DNA from: a virus
Lineage: Duplodnaviria > Caudoviricetes
Reading direction: 5' to 3' (one strand)
Length of the DNA stretch: 43,856 nt
IMG/VR virus record: IMGVR_UViG_3300049982_000052
Coordinates: 1-43,856 of that record
The stretch's first letter is position 1; every line of letters begins with the position of its first letter. The position numbers were made by a program, and so were the translations under genes. Below the pieces are notes generated by a model, which saw nothing but the letters and a program-made list of their open reading frames with translations, had not been told where the DNA came from and did no database searches. Below are positions 33,759 to 43,310 of this stretch, piece after piece.

Positions 33759-34076
33759 CTAGGCGCGGCGATTGTTGATCTCGTCAGCGGCGGGCCGCAG
33801 GTGCGGCCGGGCCGGTGTGTCCTCGGTGCCGAGCTCGACCAGAGGCCCGTACCAGGCGGTCTTCTTCGACCAGCCGACGTGGTACTCGACCAAGCCCGTG
33901 CTGGAGTCGTACATGTTCTCGACCTGGATCCCCTTGGCCATCGCGCCGGTTTGCTTGACGGCTTTCTGCCGGGCGATCTTGCGGACCTCGGTGGCGACCT
34001 CGCGGACCTGCTTCTTGACCGAGGGGGCTTGGGAGACCGCGGCCAGCACCTCGGGTCGGAACTGGCCGATGCGCAT
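33759..34076 (-). CDS. HK97 gp10-like neck protein
   Basis: A.KQTG.M..I..YG.LVELGT....RPHLRPA. Confidence 0.8.
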   Translation of the reverse strand: MRIGQFRPEVLAAVSQAPSVKKQVREVATEVRKIARQKAVKQTGAMAKGIQVENMYDSSTGLVEYHVGWSKKTAWYGPLVELGTEDTPARPHLRPAADEINNRRA

Positions 34077-34330
34077 CAGGATTCCAGGAGTTCCTGGTGG
34101 GCCTTGCTGCCGTTCTTCACGACCCAGCCGAGCTTGTCGTACTGGTGCTGCTCGACGTTCGAGATCGGCACGGCGTCGCCCCGGTTGTAGGCCAGGGCGC
34201 CGTGCGGGGTGAAGATCTGCTGCGCCGCGACCCACTGGCCATACTCCTTCTGCTGCGCCAGGATCTGCTCGGACAGCTCGGAGGAGACAGTCTCAGCGAC
34301 CGTCGGGTCCGGCTTGGTGGTGTCAGCCAC
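34076..34330 (-). CDS. Hypothetical structural-region protein
   Basis: AAGGAG RBS; EY..WVA...I...G.LAYN.GD.VP.SNV pattern. Confidence 0.65.
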   Translation of the reverse strand: MADTTKPDPTVAETVSSELSEQILAQQKEYGQWVAAQQIFTPHGALAYNRGDAVPISNVEQHQYDKLGWVVKNGSKAHQELLES

Positions 34331-34341
34331 GATGGGCTCCT

Positions 34342-34761
34342 TCACTGATTGACTTCGAGTTGGAGGTCGACGATGGTGCGGGTGCGGCCGGTGGTGGAGT
34401 CCGGCTGCGGTACGGCCTGGCCGGCTACGGCGTTGCCGATAGTCCCGCCGGTCCAGGTGCCGACGAGATTGCGGGCGACCGACCTGACCACAGCCGCAAT
34501 AGTTTCCGCGTCGAGGACGTCCTGGGTGGAGTTCCCCTTGCCCCAGACGTCGGCCTGTACGCGGGCCGTGAGGGTCTCTGGGCGGAGTTCGTCGCTGTCC
34601 ACGACCGATAGGACAACCAGCGGGTACGTCGGCTCTACGCCGCCCACAGGGGCCGGGATGGCGTAGTAGATTCGCTGCGCCACGAGCGCGGTGAGTGGGG
34701 CCTGCGCCAGGAGAGCAGTGCGGGCCAGGACCTTCGGGTTGGGTAGTACGGGGATCGCCAC
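34342..34761 (-). CDS. Tail terminator protein (DUF3168-like)
   Basis: L.ALV..RIY..P..YP.VV..VQ.DVW pattern. Confidence 0.75.
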   Translation of the reverse strand: MAIPVLPNPKVLARTALLAQAPLTALVAQRIYYAIPAPVGGVEPTYPLVVLSVVDSDELRPETLTARVQADVWGKGNSTQDVLDAETIAAVVRSVARNLVGTWTGGTIGNAVAGQAVPQPDSTTGRTRTIVDLQLEVNQ

Positions 34762-34764
34762 GGC

Positions 34765-35109
34765 CTACCCTCCGGACACTCGGAAGACCAGGACCTCGAG
34801 ATGGTGGTTGCGGCCGCCTCTGCGCCACAGCTCCGGCTGGCCGTCGACCTGATAGTCCACGCCGAGGAACCGGACGCGGTCGGTCGAGGTGACGTCTGCG
34901 TAGTCCGGCAGGAACACCTTGTGCGTGGACTCGGTGCGCTGCTGCGCCACCACGTCTTCAGTGGAACCCAGCGGCTGGAACTCAGCCGGGTAGTCGACCT
35001 TGATCAGCTGGCCGTCAGTGACGTTCGTCCAGTCCCCGGGGATCGTTGCCCCGTCAGGGCCGGTGATGTCGGGTGCGCGGAGTCGGGTGACTGTGTCACG
35101 AAACCGCAT
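34765..35109 (-). CDS. Head-to-tail stopper (head closure)
   Basis: QP..STE..D...DRV...G..Y.VDG.P..W..HH.E pattern. Confidence 0.8.
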   Translation of the reverse strand: MRFRDTVTRLRAPDITGPDGATIPGDWTNVTDGQLIKVDYPAEFQPLGSTEDVVAQQRTESTHKVFLPDYADVTSTDRVRFLGVDYQVDGQPELWRRGGRNHHLEVLVFRVSGG

Positions 35110-35111
35110 GG

Positions 35112-35513
35112 CTATGCGTTGCCGGCGGTGATGGTGAAGCTGGTCACGGCTACCGATCCGCCGATGGTGAGGGAAACGCTGTTCAGGTTCAGGTCCGAAC
35201 CGGAGGTGCCGACGTCTCCGTCGATGACGGCGGTGGTGCCGTTGGACTGGAAGATCCGGAAGTGGGTGGCGGTTCCGGTGGCGTCGGCTGACGAGTCGGC
35301 GGTGATTGAGTTCAGGGTTAGCACGCCGGACGCAGCACCCGGGGCGAAGGTTGCGTTCAGCGTCAGCTCAGCAAGTTGAGTCCCGGTGATGGATGCCGCG
35401 ACGTTCGCCGGGCGCGTGCCGCTGTAGATGCGCAGCTTGCCAGAGGCGCCTACCGCCGTGGTGATCGCGTCCAGCTGAGCATTCCGCAGAGTCGTTGAAT
35501 ATGACAGGGCCAT
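35112..35513 (-). CDS. Small beta-rich virion protein (fibre/collar-associated)
   Basis: RNA.LD.I...L.IYSG..P..GTATHFR pattern; follows the repeat protein. Confidence 0.65.
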   Translation of the reverse strand: MALSYSTTLRNAQLDAITTAVGASGKLRIYSGTRPANVAASITGTQLAELTLNATFAPGAASGVLTLNSITADSSADATGTATHFRIFQSNGTTAVIDGDVGTSGSDLNLNSVSLTIGGSVAVTSFTITAGNA

Positions 35514-35525
35514 GGTCTCTCCTTG

Positions 35526-37172
35526 TTACGGACGCTCAACGACGCCGGCGAACGGGCGCGGCGTACTGCCGCTGGAAGGTGTAGATGTCTCCCCGATGAA
35601 GGGGCGGAGCGTGATCCCGATGAAGGGGCGTTCGACGATCGCGCCGAAAGAGCTACCGGAGGCAGTGGCTACCTGGCTGTCCTGAGTCTCCGCGATGGCC
35701 CCGGTGACAGAGATGAAGACGATGCCCTGAATGACTGCGGTATTAGATCCCTGACTGACCGAGACTGTTCCCGTGTAGCGCAGCACACCCGTCGCTGCAG
35801 ATGTCTGGCTGGCCTGTGTGGTAGACGCTGTACCTGTGGCCGGGTTGACCACTGAACCGGCTGCGGTTGCCGTGTTGCCCGCCTGCAGGCGGGCTGCGGT
35901 GCCGCTGTAGCCCAACTGACCGGAGGCGTTCGAGGCCTGGTTCGCCTGGACTGCGGCGACCGTTCCCGCAGTCGAACCGGGAGCCGTGAAGACACCTGTC
36001 GCGGACGAGGTCTGCGCCGCCTGGGAGGCCGTCGAGGTCCCGGCGTATCCGAGCTGTCCCGTTGCGGCGGAGACCTGACCTGCCTGGGTTGCGGCGGTGG
36101 AGCCTGAGTATCCGAGCTTGCCCGAAGCGGCGGACGTGTTCGCAGCCTGGTTCCCGGCGCTAGACCCCGTGTAGCCGAGCTGACCTGAAGCAGCGGAGAA
36201 GTCAGCCGCTTCCGTGGCAGCTACCGTCCCGCTGATCCCGGTGGGGGTGAAGGTTCCCGCAGCGCTCGACGTGTCCGCCGCTTCGGTTCGTGCGAAGGTT
36301 CCGCTGTACCCAATCTGTCCGGTCGCAGTTGAGGTCTGTGCCGCTTGCGCTCTCGCGACCGTTCCTGCGTAGCCGAGCTGCCCTGAGGCTGTTGCCGTCT
36401 GGCTGGCCTGGGCGGCCACTGACGTGCCCGTGACGGGGTTGGCGACCGTCCCGGTAGCTGAGGACGTGTCGGCTGCTTCTGTCCTCGCAGAGGCCCCGCT
36501 GTAGCCCAGCTGCCCCGACGCGGACGAGGCCTGGTTCGCCTGCGTTACGGCAGCCGTTCCGGTGAAGCCACTACTCGCGATCGCCAGGACACCCAGGAAC
36601 GCCTTCTGGAACCCGGAGATGTTCGACGTCGCCGAGACACTCCCGGTCGACCCCGACGCGACCGCGTCACGGGTGTCGAGAGTGATGACGTCCAGGTCTT
36701 GCCGCTCGGTATAGCTGGCTGGCGGGGTGTAGGCGTTGCCGCCGGAGAAGTTCGTCCAGAACCCGAGCGCGTCACCGTTCGAACCAGCGGGGCTGGTGGA
36801 GACATTCAGCGTGGTCGCGGCGGTGGTGTTCTCCCCGGTTCCCACGGTGCCGTCGAACGGATCGCCTGTAGCTATCCGACCGGACCACAACCCGCAGGCT
36901 GCGGCACGGAAGGTGCTCGAGAAGGTGAAGGTGTAGGTCCCTGTGTCGGCGGCGGTGAGCCGCTTCCAGAACACATCCAGCCGGCCGCGTGCGGTAGCCG
37001 ATGTCTGCAGGCTGGCCTTTAAGGTGAACCCGGACGGAGGCGTGACCGCCGCCGTGGACTCCATGTAGATGCCAACTACGGCGATGTCGCCGATCGCCGC
37101 ACCTGTCGGGACGGGAACCACGGCGTTGGCAGTGCTGGCGCCCGCGAGCGGGGATGACGACCGGAAGGCCAT
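35526..37172 (-). CDS. Ala/Thr/Ser/Gly-rich repeat virion protein (putative neck fibre)
   Basis: N-terminal globular domain, then about 14 repeats of 21-25 aa (G..A.TQA..TS.ASGQLGY). Confidence 0.75.
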   Translation of the reverse strand: MAFRSSSPLAGASTANAVVPVPTGAAIGDIAVVGIYMESTAAVTPPSGFTLKASLQTSATARGRLDVFWKRLTAADTGTYTFTFSSTFRAAACGLWSGRIATGDPFDGTVGTGENTTAATTLNVSTSPAGSNGDALGFWTNFSGGNAYTPPASYTERQDLDVITLDTRDAVASGSTGSVSATSNISGFQKAFLGVLAIASSGFTGTAAVTQANQASSASGQLGYSGASARTEAADTSSATGTVANPVTGTSVAAQASQTATASGQLGYAGTVARAQAAQTSTATGQIGYSGTFARTEAADTSSAAGTFTPTGISGTVAATEAADFSAASGQLGYTGSSAGNQAANTSAASGKLGYSGSTAATQAGQVSAATGQLGYAGTSTASQAAQTSSATGVFTAPGSTAGTVAAVQANQASNASGQLGYSGTAARLQAGNTATAAGSVVNPATGTASTTQASQTSAATGVLRYTGTVSVSQGSNTAVIQGIVFISVTGAIAETQDSQVATASGSSFGAIVERPFIGITLRPFIGETSTPSSGSTPRPFAGVVERP

Positions 37173-37217
37173 GGATCCTCCCGCCGATCAGGTCAACCGA
37201 GGGGCACCGGTTCTTCG

Positions 37218-37628
37218 TTACCAGTTGTCGACCCGACCCCAGCGCCGGGTCGGGTCGGGCCAGCACTCCGATTCAGGGAACGACCCCTGGGGCTGATTCA
37301 GAGTCGAGCCTCCTGGGCCGTTCGACCACTGATGCAGACTCGCCTTCTCCAACTCCGACAAATACACGCCGTTCATGTAGAGCGGGGTGTTGTAGATCGC
37401 GGTCGTTCCGCCGGTGGTGTCCTGCTTCAAACCCTCAGGATTGACGTAGGCCCGGCCGGCCGCGGCCAGCGCGACCGACCTGGCGACCGACGGCCACGGG
37501 TTCTGGATGCCGATCTCAGCGGTGACAAGCCCCTGCGCCAGATCCAGGAGGAGCAGGTTCGCCGTCGCCGTGTCCAGGTCGGTCTGCAGGAAGGACGCGA
37601 GCTCTTCGACGGTCGCGATGTCAGCCAT
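37218..37628 (-). CDS. Head-to-tail adaptor
   Basis: AT.EELA..A.LL..RAY.NPEG..G.YLS..E...L pattern. Confidence 0.8.
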   Translation of the reverse strand: MADIATVEELASFLQTDLDTATANLLLLDLAQGLVTAEIGIQNPWPSVARSVALAAAGRAYVNPEGLKQDTTGGTTAIYNTPLYMNGVYLSELEKASLHQWSNGPGGSTLNQPQGSFPESECWPDPTRRWGRVDNW

Positions 37629-37650
37629 GTCCGCGCCCTTCCTTCAGTTG

Positions 37651-37980
37651 TCAGTCGCTGTACTTCTCGCGAAGCTCGGTCTGCTTCAGGCCACCCTCTT
37701 CGACGGGCCTAGTCTCCTCGACGGGAGCACCCTTCGAGGTGGCGTACGCGGCCCACTCATCGCGGGAAGCGTTGCCCTTGGGAGAACCCGAGACCGGCTC
37801 TTCGGGCGTTGGCTCTTCGGTCGGCTCCTCATCCTTCTCCGAGATGTGGCCCTCGTCGGCGAGGCGCTTGATCTCGTCCTTGCCGATGTAGGGCGGGATC
37901 GGAGATCCCTGGTACAGGTGGTGCTGCGACCCGTTCTCGGCGGTCGCGATCACCAGAGGTGAGGTCACGGTGTAGGTCAT
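37651..37980 (-). CDS. Capsid-adjacent protein with a small C-terminal helical domain
   Basis: PKGNASRDEWAAYA..G..L...ELREKY; follows the major capsid gene. Confidence 0.7.
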   Translation of the reverse strand: MTYTVTSPLVIATAENGSQHHLYQGSPIPPYIGKDEIKRLADEGHISEKDEEPTEEPTPEEPVSGSPKGNASRDEWAAYATSKGAPVEETRPVEEGGLKQTELREKYSD

Positions 37981-37982
37981 GA

Positions 37983-38912
37983 CTACACACCCGTGACCTT
38001 CCAGGCGGAGGCGGGCTCGAGCACGATCGGGACCGTGACCCGGCGGACGCGGATGCGCCACTGGTCGTCGTCGTCGTCGCGCATCGTCTTCGCCTGCACG
38101 CCAACACCACCCGCGGACACGTAGCCCGGGCCACCCAGGTCCTCGTCGGCCATGCCGCCGAGCTGCTGCGAGTCCAGGATCAGCGCGTTGCCCGCAGTCG
38201 GGAGGTTCGGCGTCGACAGCCACCGCAGGCCCGCGATGACCGGGAAGCTCCCCGTCAGGGCCGGGTTGTCAGCGTTGGTCTCGCGGGCGAAGTAGCCGGC
38301 CGCGACGAACTTGCCCAGCGCGTACGCCAGGGTCGCGTCGCTGACGACCACGGTGTCCGGGTCGTAGCCCTGGTTCAGCGCCAGGATGTTCGCCTTCGCC
38401 TGCAGCACGTCGTTCAGGATCTGCTGCGCGGTCGTACCGCCGGTGCTCCACGCGGCGGCAGCGGCGGTGTTCTGGGTCACCGCCGTGCTGATCGCCGACA
38501 GCGCCACGGAGTCGATGTACTTGACGTTCGTGTTCGCCAGCTTCAGGAACGCACGGTTCACCGGGTCGATGTTCTGCCGCTTGATCGACTCGTCGGTGAT
38601 CAGCGCGTCCGAGCCCCACTTGACGGTCTTCGCCAGCGAGGCGACACCGTTCGCGGGGTTGGTGATCGGGTACTCCGAACCCGGCATCACGGCGCGCGGG
38701 TCGTCCGGGGTGAAGATCGACTCGCCGGTCTCGTACAGCACCGCACCGCCGGACACCTGGAAGCGGCCGGTCAGGAGAGCGTCGGCGATGTAGCGCTGCT
38801 CGAGCAGCGTCCGCAGCCGGCGGGCCACGAGGGTCGGGTTCTGGAGGAACCGGGAGATGGTGACCAGGTCGCCGGACAGGGTCGGCGACGGAGGCGGGTA
38901 GACAGTGGGCAT
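37983..38912 (-). CDS. Major capsid protein
   Basis: 309 aa after protease and decoration genes; V.PGSEYP, KWG....ITDE and P.VLEP motifs. Confidence 0.9.
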   Translation of the reverse strand: MPTVYPPPSPTLSGDLVTISRFLQNPTLVARRLRTLLEQRYIADALLTGRFQVSGGAVLYETGESIFTPDDPRAVMPGSEYPITNPANGVASLAKTVKWGSDALITDESIKRQNIDPVNRAFLKLANTNVKYIDSVALSAISTAVTQNTAAAAAWSTGGTTAQQILNDVLQAKANILALNQGYDPDTVVVSDATLAYALGKFVAAGYFARETNADNPALTGSFPVIAGLRWLSTPNLPTAGNALILDSQQLGGMADEDLGGPGYVSAGGVGVQAKTMRDDDDDQWRIRVRRVTVPIVLEPASAWKVTGV

Positions 38913-39036
38913 GAGTTACCTCTCAGGGGGATGAGTACTGCGTTGCTGCCGCAGACACAGCCCCCCGAAGGGAGAAGTGGTCTTGCGGAGTAGGCCCGCC
39001 CACAGCCGAAGCCACAGACGGGTTTCCTCAGGTGGG
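38913..39036 (-). promoter_or_regulatory. Structured intergenic RNA element ahead of the major capsid gene
   Basis: Two C(UUCG)G-capped stems with several G-U pairs that work only on the - strand. Confidence 0.55.
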
Positions 39037-39399
39037 CTATCGAGCCCAGAGAACCTCGACCTTGTTCGGGTTGGTCGCGGTGGTGAGAGCGACACCTACC
39101 GCCTGCCCGGCCGTACCGGGACCGGTGGCGACGGTGCCGGCGGCGGCGGCGACCACCATGTCACCGGCGGTGACGGTGCCGGTCGCGACGAGGCGGTGGA
39201 TGCCCTCGGTGACGACGGTGATCTTGTCACCCGTGGCTGCGTCGGAGGCAGCGACGCCGACGACGGCGACCGACGCCGCGGACGAGGGAGCGACGGTGCC
39301 GGCGCCGGAGGCGATGAGCACCTGTCCACCGGTGATCGTGGCGGACGCCTGCGAGGTGAAGGTGTCGGCTTCGGCGTAGAGCGGAACATACTCGGGCAT
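39037..39399 (-). CDS. Capsid decoration/cement protein
   Basis: 120 aa, Ala/Gly/Thr/Val-rich; VGVA..DAA.G..V..AGD.V..G.VG.AL pattern. Confidence 0.8.
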   Translation of the reverse strand: MPEYVPLYAEADTFTSQASATITGGQVLIASGAGTVAPSSAASVAVVGVAASDAATGDKITVVTEGIHRLVATGTVTAGDMVVAAAAGTVATGPGTAGQAVGVALTTATNPNKVEVLWAR

Positions 39400-39401
39400 G
39401 G

Positions 39402-40598
39402 TCAGGACTCCTTCGAGCCGTAGAGCTTGTTGTAGATGGCGTCGTCGGCGGACTCGCCGGCCTCACCGAGACTGCCGGTGTAGCCCTTCGCCTCGACTGG
39501 GACGAGGCCCTTCGGCAGCGCGTTCAGCGTCGCCTCCGCGCCCGGATCCTTCTCGAGGGTGGCCAGCCAGTCGGCCTGCCGCGCCGGCGAGATCCGGCCG
39601 TCGCCGACCGCGGCCGTCACGAGGGCGTTGCGGTGCTCGGCGAGCTGCTGCGCGCGGGCCTGCTGCCCCTGCTCCGCCGCAGCCTTCAGCGCGTTGAACT
39701 GATCCTCGTCGACCAGGACCGTTCCGGGTGCGGCCACCGTCTCCTCCGTCTCGGTCTCCTCGACCTCTTCGGTCTCCTCCTCTTCGGCCGGGGCCTCGGA
39801 GTTCTGCAGCACTGCGTCGAGCTTCGCGGTGACTTCCTCGTCACTCGCGTCGGCCTTGAGGCCAAGCCGCTCTCGCAGGTTCAAGGTGTCCGACATGTCG
39901 GATCCTTCCTGGTTGGTGGTCTCCGGCGGCTTGGCCGGAAGATAGGGTGCCGGGGCTTCCGCACGTCCGGCATACGCGTACAGCGACAGGTTGAACGAGT
40001 TCTTCACCTTGTCGCTCGCGGTCTTGTTCGTCTCGACCCGGTCCGCCAGGCCCGCAGCGACGGCTTCCTTGTCGTAGTACCAGGTCTCTTTCTGCATCGC
40101 TTCACGCATGACCTTCGGGCTCTGCCCGGTCTTCTCGGCGTACACCGAGGCGATGTTGTCGGAAGCCCTGTTCAGCCGCTCACCGAGGTCCAGCATCACC
40201 TCGGCGGGGCCCATCCCTACGCCTCGGGCGTCGTGGATCATCATCTGCGAATTGCGCGCCATGACCACCTGGTCCGCACCCATCGCAATGAACGACGCTG
40301 CCGAAGCGGCGATCCCGTCCACGAACGCGGTGACCTTCGCCGGGTGCCGGCGGATTGCGTTCAGCATCGTGAGACCCTCGAACACGTCGCCGCCCGGCGA
40401 GTTGATCCTCAGGTGGATCTCCGGGGTGTCGATGGCCTGCAGGTCCTCGGTGAACTGCTTCGCCGAGATGCCCCCGCCGAAGAACGGATCCTCGCCGATC
40501 TCGTCGTACAGCAGGATCTCTGTGACGGAGTCCGCGGCGTTGCGGATGCCATACTCGCCGCGGCGGTTCATCAGGCGCAGCGCGCTCGGTTCGGTCAC
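39402..40598 (-). CDS. ClpP-like capsid maturation protease fused to scaffold
   Basis: INSPGGDVF, DGIAASAAS, MMIH and ETW..EAV..GLAD; acidic helical C-terminal half. Confidence 0.92.
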   Translation of the reverse strand: MTEPSALRLMNRRGEYGIRNAADSVTEILLYDEIGEDPFFGGGISAKQFTEDLQAIDTPEIHLRINSPGGDVFEGLTMLNAIRRHPAKVTAFVDGIAASAASFIAMGADQVVMARNSQMMIHDARGVGMGPAEVMLDLGERLNRASDNIASVYAEKTGQSPKVMREAMQKETWYYDKEAVAAGLADRVETNKTASDKVKNSFNLSLYAYAGRAEAPAPYLPAKPPETTNQEGSDMSDTLNLRERLGLKADASDEEVTAKLDAVLQNSEAPAEEEETEEVEETETEETVAAPGTVLVDEDQFNALKAAAEQGQQARAQQLAEHRNALVTAAVGDGRISPARQADWLATLEKDPGAEATLNALPKGLVPVEAKGYTGSLGEAGESADDAIYNKLYGSKES

Positions 40599-41824
40599 GG
40601 TGCGCTCCCAGGTAGCGGGTCTTTGGGTGGAAGCCCGAGGGTCTGCCGCATGGCTTCCTCGAGCGAACGGTCAGGCAGCAGGATCCCCGCGTCTGCGAGG
40701 AGTTTGATCGCCGCGGCAGTGGCCTGCTGCTGCGAGCCGATCTCCTGGAACCCGATGACCGGGGCGGGTTCGGACTCGCCGTAGTTCCAGTCGACGAGAT
40801 CCTCGACCACGTGCTGGGTGGCGACGTCGGCGATCTGCTGAGCGAGCGCCTGCAGTGACAGCGTGAAGAAGTCAGCGAACGTGGACCCCAGCGCCCATGA
40901 TCCGGTCTGGGTCCCCAGGTTCAGGAAGTGCGCCAGGACGGCGCGGGCGATCTGCTCGTCGTGGTAGCGGATCGACGGCATTGCATCCGGCAACTGCCCC
41001 TCAGGGGCAACGAGGCGCATCTTCGACCCGTTCGGCGTGGCGCCTCCCGCGGTCTCGCCGGCGCGCATGCTCTGCGCCATCGTCGTACCGGCGGTGAGGT
41101 CTTTCTCGTCCGGGCCACCCTCGTAGATCGGGATGCCCAGACCGTTGCGCTCCAGCGTCATCGTGTTGATCCGGAGCAGCCGGTCCTTCAGGAGCCAGTT
41201 CTTGTACGCCGGCCGCAGCAGGGATGTCCCCGCCCAGTTGCCGCCCTCGCGTTCGTACACGTACGCAACCAGACGATTCACCGGGATCTGCACCGGACCC
41301 GAGGTCTCGATGTGGCCGTACTGCTCGATCGACTCCAGGCCACCATCGGCGCCGACGTTGAAGCTGGAGATCGTCCGCGCCGGTCGCAGCGACAGCCTCC
41401 TCAGCCGCGCTCTGCCCTGGGCGTCGATGCGCGCCTCCTGCTCGAACATCGAGAACCCGTACGGCAGCATCAGCAGCGCCAGGCGCAGATGCTCGTTCCA
41501 CGAGAACCGGTCCCGCGTCCTGCGGGTCGGGGTCGGAGGTGCGCCCTTGATCGGGAGGTTCAGATCCTCCGACACCAGCTGGACAACCTCGTCGCGGGCA
41601 CCGTTCGGCTCGATCCACCAGTCCGTCCGAAGGATCGGCAGCACCACGGCCCGCAGAACGGAACGGATCTGCGCGTCCTGCCGGCGCATCTGATCGTAGA
41701 TCTCGATCGACAGCGGCCACCGCAACTCAGGGGTGTGCTCCTCGGAGGTCCCCGGAGGAGCCCAGAAGATCGACGGAGCATTCTGGTAGCCCTTGACTGT
41801 GGTCGGTGCGGGAACGTCAGCCAC
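40595..41824 (-). CDS. Portal protein (DUF935/Mu gp29-like)
   Basis: Follows TerL; YGFSMFE, G.SLLR.AY..W..K and GS.ALG motifs. Confidence 0.88.
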   Translation of the reverse strand: MADVPAPTTVKGYQNAPSIFWAPPGTSEEHTPELRWPLSIEIYDQMRRQDAQIRSVLRAVVLPILRTDWWIEPNGARDEVVQLVSEDLNLPIKGAPPTPTRRTRDRFSWNEHLRLALLMLPYGFSMFEQEARIDAQGRARLRRLSLRPARTISSFNVGADGGLESIEQYGHIETSGPVQIPVNRLVAYVYEREGGNWAGTSLLRPAYKNWLLKDRLLRINTMTLERNGLGIPIYEGGPDEKDLTAGTTMAQSMRAGETAGGATPNGSKMRLVAPEGQLPDAMPSIRYHDEQIARAVLAHFLNLGTQTGSWALGSTFADFFTLSLQALAQQIADVATQHVVEDLVDWNYGESEPAPVIGFQEIGSQQQATAAAIKLLADAGILLPDRSLEEAMRQTLGLPPKDPLPGSAP

Positions 41825-41834
41825 GGTCCACCTC

Positions 41835-43310
41835 TCAGAAGCTCGTAGACATCACGGAATCGACGGCCTGCGTTCGCCCGGTCGAAAGAGATACCGGCGG
41901 CGGGGGAGGCTCATTCGGGACTTCAGGCAGGGTCACGGCGTGGGCCGCGAGGGTGGCCGCCTCGAGGGTGGATATGTCCGAGGTCGACAGCTTCCGGCCC
42001 CACGCCCACCGGTCCCCGACGAGACGTCTCACAGCACCCTGCACCGCAGCCTCGAGTTCCGGATACATCGCGTGCTGGACCTTCCGTTCACGGACCCGGT
42101 CCAGCAGGGTCGCGCACGCATCCATCACGCCTTGGGTATCGAGCACCGTGAGCTCCACACCCGCACGCTCCATGTGCGGGATCAACGGCGCGGCGGGGCC
42201 GCGCTTGTCGATCACCACCGGAACCTTGTGCTGCGCCTGCAGGTCAGCGACCCGCTGCACCACCCACGCCGTACCAGGGCCGTGCTGCAACGGCTTCAGG
42301 TGAATCACGCGACCGTCACTCGCGGCAGCGGTGACCGCGCCGTGCTTCATGTCCATCGACGCAGCCACGCCGATAGCGCCCATCGGGACACCACTTACCG
42401 CCGAGCCAGCGCACGCTTCCCAGTTGCCGGGACCGAATGCCGCGTCCGCCGTACCCGGCTCGTCCCACCAGCCCAGAAACTCGCGGATGAACTCGTCCGG
42501 AGGCATCTCCTCGCGGAAGTCCTTGAGGCGCTCCATCGTGATCCGCCGGCCAAGCGCGGGGTTCGCCTCGGTCAGCAGGTCCAGCCGGTCCGCCACGCAC
42601 CCGGTTACACCGAGCTCGTGGTTGCACGCCGGATCTTCGCACTCCGCGAGTGGTGCGCACCACTCGAAGTACGCCGACCGCGGATGCCCGCCCAGACGGC
42701 CACGGTCACGGATCCGGCGAAGCACCGTCGAGGTGACGAACCCCGCGCTCGACCCGTACCGCACCTGCGCGCCCTTCCGGGTAGCGAGGATCGGCAGCAG
42801 CGCACCAGTCTCAGCGGGCTGCAGGAACAGTGCCTCGTCCCAGGTGATCTTGTCCCCGGTGATCCCACGGCCGCCGCCCTTGGAGCGGGCGTGGAACTCG
42901 ATCTTCTCCCCCGTGAGGAGCTCGATCGACTCGTTGCCGTTCGCGGTCCGCGGCTTCCTGCACCGCTTACGGTAGTCGTCGCTGGACTCGATCAGCTGGC
43001 ACATGTGCTCGAACGTGGCGCGCGCCGTGTCGAACAGGTGCGCCGTCCACGCATGCAGCGGCTCACCCAGCACGAACACATCCGTCAACGCGGCGATCTC
43101 GAGCGTGGCGGTCTTTAGGTTCTGCCGAGGTGCGACAGCCGCCACCGAGAAGCACGCCGGTTCACCCGGCCCGTTCTCGGCGAAGATCGCGTCCAGGATC
43201 ATCTGCTGCTCGGGATCCATCGGCATGCCGAGGTCCTCAGCAACCCCGGCCGCCAGGTCGCCGAACGTCTCCTTGTAGGGCGGAACCCACATGTACGCGG
43301 GCTCACGCAC
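41835..43310 (-). CDS. terL: Terminase large subunit
   Basis: APRQNLKT, GRG..D....DEA, SSAG, EW.A and ANPALG motifs. Confidence 0.92.
   Translation of the reverse strand: MREPAYMWVPPYKETFGDLAAGVAEDLGMPMDPEQQMILDAIFAENGPGEPACFSVAAVAPRQNLKTATLEIAALTDVFVLGEPLHAWTAHLFDTARATFEHMCQLIESSDDYRKRCRKPRTANGNESIELLTGEKIEFHARSKGGGRGITGDKITWDEALFLQPAETGALLPILATRKGAQVRYGSSAGFVTSTVLRRIRDRGRLGGHPRSAYFEWCAPLAECEDPACNHELGVTGCVADRLDLLTEANPALGRRITMERLKDFREEMPPDEFIREFLGWWDEPGTADAAFGPGNWEACAGSAVSGVPMGAIGVAASMDMKHGAVTAAASDGRVIHLKPLQHGPGTAWVVQRVADLQAQHKVPVVIDKRGPAAPLIPHMERAGVELTVLDTQGVMDACATLLDRVRERKVQHAMYPELEAAVQGAVRRLVGDRWAWGRKLSTSDISTLEAATLAAHAVTLPEVPNEPPPPPVSLSTGRTQAVDSVMSTSF

Noticed and set aside
35660-36570. 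CRISPR array or DGR-type repeats
   Set aside because: The repeats are degenerate, in-frame protein repeats. No identical repeat-spacer structure, cas gene or reverse transcriptase was seen in the window.
38915-39035. Glycine riboswitch (CCGAAG, CTCTCAGG on +) or hammerhead (CTGAGGA on -)
   Set aside because: CCGAAG is just the reverse complement of the CUUCGG loops and is antisense to the genes. The hammerhead core lacks a correctly placed stem II and GAAA.
39633-43118. Long + strand ORFs opposite protease, portal and TerL
   Set aside because: Shadow ORFs with Arg-rich, motif-free translations.
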